From Eimeria praecox (lineage: Eukaryota): a stretch of 64,000 nt of DNA. Numbering within the stretch: position 1 is the first letter of the stretch; each line of letters opens with the position of its first letter. Made by a program: the position numbers and the translations under genes. Shown piece after piece: positions 55,701 through 64,000 of this stretch. The DNA is taken from NCBI GenBank assembly GCA_963920595.1, contig OY986949.1:3534001-3598000 (forward strand), read 5' to 3'. The notes beneath the pieces were generated by a model that saw only the letters and a list, made by a program, of their open reading frames with translations, was not told where the DNA came from and ran no database searches.

Positions 55701-57325
55701 AAACACCAACAAAAACGTAAGCCAGCGACCCTGTTAACGGCAACCCTCCCTCCAAACCAACAGCCATAATCTATTCCCCAAACCACCAGCACGCCACTAG
55801 CTACCATGCATCTGCCCCAGAATAGCGCACTCTTCCCACAGACTCACGTCCCGCGCTTTCATCGACCAACCACTAATTTATGCCTGTGGAACGCCCCACA
55901 CAAGAACAGCTTTGTCTATCCTCCGAACAAAACACACAAACACCTGTGGCAGCGTCCGTCCATGTACAACAACCTGATGCCCACACTCCAACACAACCAG
56001 CACCTGCCAAACCTCTCTCTCTCTCTGCGCAGGAGCCGCCTAATCTGCCACCTCCACAACACCCACTTGCTGCGGTTGCTGAAAACCAACAACAAAGTAA
56101 GCCAGCAACCGTGCTAAGGGAAACCGTCGCTCCAAACCAACAGCCATAATCTATTCCCAAAACCACCGGCACGCCACTATCTACCATGCATCTGCCCCAG
56201 ATTGTCGCACTCTTCCCACAGACTCACGTCCCGCGCTTCCATCGACCAACCACTAATTTATGCCTATGGAACGCATCACACAAAAACAGGTTTGTCTATC
56301 CTCCGAACAAAACACACAAACACCTGTGGCAGCGTCCGTCCATGCACAACAACCTGATGCGCACACTCCAACACAACCAGCACCTGTCAAACCTCTCTCT
56401 CTCTCTGGGCAGAAGCCGCCTAATCTGCCACCTCCACAACACCCACTTGCTGCGGTGGCTAAACACCAACAAAAACGTAAGCCAGCGACCCTGCTAAGGG
56501 AAACCGTCGCTCCAAACCAACAGCCATAATCTATTCCCAAAACCACCGGCACGCCACTATCTACCATGCATCTGCCCCAGATTGTCGCACTCTTCCCACA
56601 GACTCACGTCCCGCGCTTCCATCGACCAACCACTAATTTACGCCTATGGAACGCCCCACACAAGAACAGCTTTGTCTATCCTCCGAACAAAACACACAAA
56701 CACCTGTGGCGGCGTTCGTCCATGTACAACAACCTGATGCCCACACTCCAACACAACCAGCACCTGCCAAACCTCTCTCTCTCTCTGCGCAGGAGCCGCC
56801 TGGCCTGCCATCTCCGCAACACCCACTTGCTGCGGTTGCTGAAAACCAACAACAAAGTAAGCCAGCAACCCTGCTAAGGGAAACCCTCGCTCCAACCCAA
56901 CAGCCATAATCTATTCCCAAAACCACCGGCACGCCACTATCTACCATGCATCTGCCCCAGATCGTCGCACTCTTCCCACAGACTCACGTCCTGCGCTTCC
57001 ATCGACCAACCACTAATTTATGCCTATGGAACGCCTCACACAAAAACAGCTTTGCCTATCCTCCGAACAAAACACACAAACACCTGTGGCAGCGTCCGTC
57101 CATGTACAACAACCTGATGCCCACACTCCAACACAACCAGCACCTGCCAAACCTCTCTCTCTCTCTGCGCAGAAGCCGCCTGGCCTGCCACCTACACAAC
57201 ACCCACTTGCTGCGGTGGCTAAACACCAACAAAAACGTAAGCCAGCGACCCTGTTAACGGCAACCCTCCCTCTAAACCAACAGCCATAATCTATTCCCCA
57301 AACCACCAGCACGCCACTAGCTACC
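52766..57325 (+). repeat. 5-monomer higher-order repeat, 1900-bp period, ~2.4 copies
   Basis: CAGATCGTCGC in units 53146, 55046 and 56946. CGCTTTCATC plus ACCGTGCT in 53906 and 55806. GATGCGCAC in 54286 and 56186. CATCTCCGC in 52766, 54666 and 56566. Confidence 0.88.
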
Positions 57326-60300
57326 ATGCATCTGCCCCAGAATAGCGCACTCTTCCCACAGACTCACGTCCCGCGCTTCCATCGACCAACCACTAATTTA
57401 CGCCTATGGAACGCCCCACACAAAAACACCTTTGTCTATTCTCCGAACAAAACACACAAACACCTGTGGCAGCGTCCGTCCATGTACAACAACCTGATGC
57501 CCACACTCCAACACAACCAGCACCTGCCAAACCTCTCTCTCTCTCTGGGCAGAAGCCGCCTAATCTGCCACCTCCACAACACCCACTTGCTGCGGTGGCT
57601 AAACACCAACAAAAACGTAAGCCAGCGACCCTGCTAAGGGAAACCGTCGCTCCAAACCAACAGCCATAATCTATTCCCAAAACCACCGGCACGCCACTAT
57701 CTACCATGCATCTGCCCCAGATTGTCGCACTCTTCCCACAGACTCACGTCCCGCGCTTCCATCGACCAACCACTAATTTATGCCTATGGAACGCCCCACA
57801 CAAGAACAGCTTTGTCTATCCTCCGAACAAAACACACAAACACCTGTGGCGGCGTTCGTGTATGTACAACAACCTGATGCCCACACTCCAACACAACCAG
57901 CACCTGCCAAACCTCTCTCTCTCTCTGCGCAGGAGCCGCCTGGCCTGCCATCTCCGCAACACCCACTTGCTGCGGTTGCTGAAAACCAACAACAAAGTAA
58001 GCCAGCAACCCTGCTAAGGGAAACCCTCGCTCCAAACCAACAGCCATAATCTATTCCCAAAACCACCGGCACGCCACTATCTACCATGCATCTGCCCCAG
58101 ATCGTCGCACTCTTCCCACAGACTCACGTCCTGCGCTTCCATCGACCAACCACTAATTTATGCCTATGGAACGCCTCACACAAAAACAGCTTTGCCTATC
58201 CTCCGAACAAAACACACAAACACCTGTGGCAGCGTCCGTCCATGCACAACAACCTGATGCCCACACTCCAACACAACCAGCACCTGTCAAACCTCTCTCT
58301 CTCTCTGGGCAGAAGCCGCCTAATCTGCCACCTCCACAACACCCACTTGCTGCGGTGGCTAAACACCAACAAAAACGTAAGCCAGCGACCCTGCTAAGGG
58401 AAACCGTCGCTCCAAACCAACAGCCATAATCTATTCCCAAAACCACCGGCACGCCACTATCTACCATGCATCTGCCCCAGATTGTCGCACTCTTCCCACA
58501 GACTCACGTCCCGCGCTTCCATCGACCAACCACTAATTTACGCCTATGGAACGCCCCACACAAAAACAGCTTTGTCTATCCTCCGAACAAAACACACAAA
58601 CACCTGTGGCAGCGTCCGTCCATGTACAACAACCTGATGCCCACACTCCAACACAACCAGCACCTGCCAAACCTCTCTCTCTCTCTGCGCAGAAGCCGCC
58701 TGGCCTGCCACCTACACAACACCCACTTGCTGCGGTGGCTAAACACCAACAAAAACGTAAGCCAGCGACCCTGTTAACGGCAACCCTCCCTCTAAACCAA
58801 CAGCCATAATCTATTCCCCAAACCACCAGCACGCCACTAGCTACCATGCATCTGCCCCAGAATAGCGCACTCTTCCCACAGACTCACGTCCCGCGCTTCC
58901 ATCGACCAACCACTAATTTACGCCTATGGAACGCCCCACACAAAAACACCTTTGTCTATTCTCCGAACAAAACACACAAACACCTGTGGCAGCGTCCGTC
59001 CATGTACAACAACCTGATGCCCACACTCCAACACAACCAGCACCTGCCAAACCTCTCTCTCTCTCTGCGCAGAAGCCGCCTAATCTGCCACCTCCACAAC
59101 ACCCACTTGCTGCGGTGGCTAAACACCAACAAAAACGTAAGCCAGCGACTTTGTTAACGGCAACCCTCCCTCCAAACCAACAGCCATAATCTATTCCCAA
59201 AACCACCGGCACGCCACTATCTACCATGCATCTGCCCCAGATTGTCGCACTCTTCCCACAGACTCACGCCCCGCGCTTCCATCGACCAACCACTAATTTA
59301 CGCCTACCGAACGCCCCACACAAAAACAGCTTTGTCTATCCTCCGAACAAAACACACAAACACCTGTGGCAGCGTCCGTCCATGCACAACAACCTGATGC
59401 CCACACTCCAACACAACACGCACCTGCCAAACCTCTCTCTCTCTGCGCAGAAGCCGCCTGGCCAGCCATCTCCACAGCACCCACTTGCTGCGGTGGCTAA
59501 ACACCAACAACAAAGTAAGCCAGCGACCCTGCTAAGGGCAACCGTCGCTCCAAACCAACAGCCATAATCTATTCCCCAAACCACCAGCACGCCACTAGCT
59601 ACCATGCATCTGCCCCAGATTGTCGCACTCTTCCCACAGACTCACGTCCCGCGCTTCCATCGACAACCTACTAATTTATGCCTATGGAACGCCTCACATA
59701 AAAAAACCTTTGCCTATCCTCCGAACAAAACACACAAACACCTGTGGCGGCGTTCGTGCATGCACAGCAACCTGATGCCCACACTCCAACACAACCAGCA
59801 CCTGCCAAACCTCTCTCTCTCTCTGCGCAGAAGCCGCCTGGCCTGCCATATCCACAACACCCACTTGCTGCGGTGGCTGAAAACCAACAACAAAGTAAGC
59901 CAGCGACCCTGCTAAGCGCAAACCCTCGCTCCAAACCAACAGCCATAATCTATTCCCCAAACCACCAGCACGCCACTATCTACCATGCATCTGCCCTAGA
60001 ATAGCGCACTCTTCCCACAGACTCACGTCCCGGGCTTCCATCGACCAACCACTAATTTACGCCTATGGAAACCATCACACAAAAACAGCTTTGTCTATCC
60101 TCCGAACAAAACACACAAACACCTGTGGCAGCGTCCGTCCATGTACAACAACCTGATGCCCACACTCCAACACAACCAGCACCTGCCAAACCTCTCTCTC
60201 TCTCTGCGCAGAAGCCGCCTGGCCTGCCCACTACACAACACCCACTTGCTGCGGTGGCTAAACACCAACAAAAACGTAAGCCAGCGACCCTGTTAACGGC

Positions 60301-63300
60301 AACCCTCCCTCCAAACCAACAGCCATAATCTATTCCCAAAACCACCAGCACGCCACTAGCTACCATGCATCTGCCCCAGAATAGCGCACTCTTCCCACAG
60401 ACTCACGTCCCGCGCTTCCATCGACAACCTACTAATTTATGCCTACGGAGCGCCCCACACAAAAACACCTTTGCCTATCCTCCGAACAAAACACACAAAC
60501 ACCTGTGGCAGCGTCCGTCCATGTACAACAACCTGATGCCCACACTCCAACACAACCAGCACCTGCCAAACCTCTCTCTCTCTCTGCGCAGAAGCCGCCT
60601 AATCTGCCACCTCCACAACACCCACTTGCTGCGGTGGCTAAACACCAACAAAAACGTAAGCCAGCGACCCTGCTAAGGGCAACCGTCGCTCCAAACCAAC
60701 AGCCATAATCTATTCCCCAAACCACCAGCACGCCACTAGCTACCATGCATCTGCCCCAGAATAGCGCACTCTTCCCACAGACTCACGTCCCGCGCTTCCA
60801 TCGACAACCTACTAATTTATGCCTACGGAGCGCCCCACACAAAAACACCTTTGCCTATCCTCCGAACAAAACACACAAACACCCGTGGCAGCGTCCGTCC
60901 ATGTACAACAACCTGATGCCCACACTCCAACACAACCAGCACCTGCCAAACCTCTCTCTCTCTCTGCGCAGAAGCCGCCTGGCCTGCCATATCCACAACA
61001 CCCACTTGCTGCGGTGGCTAAACACCAACAACAAAGTAAGCCAGCGACCCTGCTAAGGGAAACCCTCGCTCCAAACCAACAGCCATAATCTATTCCCAGA
61101 ACCACCAGCACGCCACTATTTACCATGCATCTGCCCCAGAATAGCGCACTCTTCCCACAGACTCACGTCCCGCGCTTCCATCGACCAACCACTAATTTAC
61201 GCCTATGGAACGCCCCACACAAAAACACCTTTGCCTATCCTCCGAACAAAACACACAAACACCCGTGGCAGCGTCCGTCCATGTACAACAACCTGATGCC
61301 CACACTCCAACACAACCAGCACCTGCCAAACCTCTCTGTCTCTTTGCGCAGGAGCCGCCTGGTCTGCCACCTCCACAACACCCACTTGCTGCGGTGGCTA
61401 AACACCCACAACAAAGTAAGCCAGCGACCCTGTTAACGGCAGCCCTCGGTCCAAACCAACAGCCATAATCTATTCCCAAAACCACCAGCACGCCACTAGC
61501 TACCATGCATCTGCCCCAGAATAGCGCACTCTCCCCACAGACTCACGTCCCGCGCTTCCATCAACCAACCACTAATTTATGCCTATGGAACGCCCCACAC
61601 CAAAACAGCTTTGTCTATCCTCCGAACAAAACACACAAACACACGTGGCAGCGTCCGTCCATGTACAACAACCTGATGCCCACACTCCAACACAACCAGC
61701 ACCTGCCAAACCTCTCTCCCTCTCTGCGCAGGAGCCGCCTGGCCTGCCACCTCCACAACACCCACTTGCTGCGGTGGCTAAACACCAACAAAAACGTAAG
61801 CCAGCGACCCTGTTAACGGCAACCCTCCCTCCAAACCAACAGACATAATCTATTCCCAAAACCACCAGCACGCCACTGTCTACCATGCATCTGCCCCAGA
61901 ATAGCGCACTCTTCCCACAGACTCACGTCCCGCGCTTCCATCGACCAACCACTAATTTATGCCTGTGGAACGCCCCACACAAGAACAGCTTTGTCTATCC
62001 TCCGAACAAAACACACAAACACCTGTGGCAGCGTTCGTGCATGTACAACAACCTGATGCCCACACTCCAACACAACCAGCACCTGCCAAACCTCTCTCTG
62101 TCTCTGCGCAGAAGCCGCCTGGCCTGCCACCTCCACAACACCCACTTGCTGCGGTGGCTAAACACCAACAAAAACGTAAGCCAGCGACCCTGTTAACGGC
62201 AACCCTCCCTCCAAACCAACAGCCATAATCTATTCCCAAAACCACCAGCACGCCACTAGCTACCATGCATCTGCCCCAGAATAGCGCACTCTTCCCACAG
62301 ACTCACGTAACGCGCTTCCATCGACCAACCACTAATTTACGCCTATGGAACGCCCCACACAAAAACAGCTTTGTCTATTCTCCGAACAAAACACACAGAC
62401 ACACGTGGCAGCGTCCGTCCATGTACAACAACCTGATGCCCACACTCCAACACAACCAGCACCTGCCAAACCTCTCTCTCTCTCTCTGCGCAGGAGCCGC
62501 CTGGCCTGCCACCTCCACAACACCCACTTGCTGCGGTGGCTGAAGACCAACAACAAAGTAAGCCAGCGACCCTGCTAGGGGAAACCCTCGCTCCAAACTA
62601 ACAGCCATAATCTATTCCCAAAACCACCAGCACGCCACTAGCTACCATGCATCTGCCCCAGAATAGCGCACTCGCGTCACACATTCACGTCTTGCGGTTC
62701 CATCTAGCAGCTACTGACTCACCCCTATGGAAAGCCCCACACAAAAACAGCTTTGTCTATCCTCCGAACAAAACACACAAACACCTGTGGCAGCGTCCGT
62801 CCATGCACAACAACCTGATGCCCCCACTCCAACACAACCAGCACCTGCCAAACCTCTCTCTCTCTCTGCGCAGAAGCCGCCTGTTCTGCCACCTCCACAA
62901 CACCCACTTGCTGCGGTTGCTGAAAACCAACAACAAAGTAAGCCAGCGACCCTGCTAAGGGAAACCCTCTCTCCAAACCAACAGCCATAATCCATTCCCA
63001 AAACCACCAGCATGCCACTATCTACCATGCATCTGCCCCAGGTTGCCGCACTCTTCACAAATTCACGTCCTGCGCTTCCATCGACCACTTACTAATTTAT
63101 GCCTATGGAAAGCCCCACACCAAAACAGCTTTGTCTATCCTCCGAACAAAACACACAAACACCCGTGGCAGCATCCGTCCATGTACAACAACCTGATGCC
63201 CACACTCCAACACAGCCAGCACCTGCCAAACCTCTCTCTCTCTCTGCGCAGGAGCCGCCTGCCCTGCCACCTCCACAACACCCACTTGCTGCGGTTGCTG

Positions 63301-63784
63301 AAAACCAACAACAAAGTAAGCCAACGAGCCTGATAAGGGTACGACTCACTCCAAACCAACAGCCATAATCTATTCCCTAAACCACCGGCACGCCACTGTC
63401 TACCATGCATCTGCCCCAGATTGTCGCCTTCTTCCCACAGACTCACGTCCCGCGCTTCCATCGACCACTTACTAATTTATGCCTATGGAACTCCCCACAC
63501 CAAAACAGCTTTGTCAATCCTCCGAACAAAACACACAAACACCCGTGGCAGCGTGCGTCCATGCACAGCAACCTGATGCCCACACTCCAACACAACCAGC
63601 ACCTGCCAAACCTCTCTCTCTCTCTGCGCAGGAGCCGCCTAACCTGCCACCTCCACAACACCCACTTGCTGCGGTGGCTGAAAACCAACAACAAAGTAAG
63701 CCAACGAGCCTGCTAAGGGTACGACTCACTCCAAACCAACAGCCATAATATTTTCCCCAAACCACCGCCACCCCACTACCTACC

Positions 63785-64000
63785 TTGGCAGCGTCCGTCC
63801 ATGCACAACGCGCTCAAGCGCACACTCCAACACAACCAGCACCTGCCAAACCTCTCTCTCTCTGCGCAGGAGCCGCCTGCCCTCCCACCTCCACAACACC
63901 CACTTGCTCAGGTTGCTGAAAACCAAGAACAACATAGGCCAGCGACCCTGATAAGGAGAAGCTTCGCTCCAAACCAACAGCCATAATCTATTCCTAAAAC
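63785..64000 (+). repeat. Monomer lacking its first ~140 bp, more diverged than the core, cut by the window end
   Basis: ...CCACTACCTACC is followed directly by TTGGCAGCGTCCGTCC, which normally sits about 140 bp into the monomer. Confidence 0.9.

Larger units (their letters stand above)
418..64000 (+). repeat. Tandem satellite DNA array, ~378-380 bp monomer, ~168 copies, single orientation, continues past the right edge of the window
   Basis: The motif ATGCATCTGCCCC, or close variants, recurs at 613, 991, 1368, 1791, 2169, 2547, 2925 ... 62647, 63027 and 63405. Spacing is 372-382 bp, except one 423-bp and one 224-bp unit, and a final unit with a deletion follows 63405. The same ordered motif set is present in each unit, and the ORF track repeats with the same period. 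Confidence 0.99.
1368..64000 (+). repeat. Main satellite family ('type B'), ~165 monomers
   Basis: The consensus begins ATGCATCTGCCCCAGA(ATAG/TTGT)CGCACTCTTCCCACAGACTCACGTCC and ends CCATAATCTATTCCCAAAACCACCAGCACGCCACTA(G/T)CTACC. Copy number was estimated from the monomer start coordinates. Confidence 0.97.

Noticed and set aside
267..63986. Hundreds of 60-190 aa ORFs on both strands (e.g. MHLPQNSALFPQTHVPRFHR...) as a tandem gene family
   Set aside because: They occur in many overlapping frames and are frameshifted by 1-2 bp indels between neighbouring copies. Stop codons are polymorphic, and the composition simply mirrors the C/A or G/T skew. I recognise no domain.
418..64000. CRISPR array
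   Set aside because: The whole 378-bp unit is repeated. There are no short repeats separated by unique spacers and no cas genes.
418..64000. Assignment to a named satellite of similar length (rye pSc200, Trypanosoma congolense 369-bp repeat, Drosophila 359-bp)
   Set aside because: Only the length is similar. I recognise no diagnostic sequence match and cannot run a search.
418..64000. Whole array as an assembly artefact
   Set aside because: Monomers carry position-structured, nested private variants and gradients that simple collapse or expansion errors would not create. Individual near-identical blocks still need read support.
1..64000. Telomeric repeats or inserted transposons
   Set aside because: I saw no tandem telomere motif, and monomer phase is never interrupted by foreign sequence.

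Overview
Apart from about 400 bp of apparently unique flank at the left end, the window is one head-to-tail satellite DNA array. It runs from about 418 to beyond 64000 and holds roughly 168 monomers of 372-382 bp (mode 378/380). All monomers face the same way and I saw no transposon or gene insertions. A hand count of monomer 1791-2168 gives A104 C155 G54 T65, i.e. 55% GC with a strongly C/A-rich plus strand. The hundreds of ORFs in the track are by-products of the repeat; I support no CDS, RNA gene or CRISPR array. The informative signal is the array's architecture: (1) a divergent 378-bp subfamily at the left edge keeps the same length through compensating indels; (2) the array is layered and roughly symmetric, with both edges sharing rare variants absent from the core; (3) local higher-order repeats (2-, 3-, 4-, 5-, 7- and 10-mers) follow one another along it; (4) a short left-edge-type tract sits inside a core monomer more than 31 kb from similar copies; (5) two monomers carry large deletions and one carries a duplication; (6) the monomer shows traces of an ancient 2 x ~189-bp substructure. 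I cannot identify the organism or satellite family from the sequence. A eukaryotic centromeric, pericentromeric or subtelomeric satellite is an inference, not something the sequence demonstrates.
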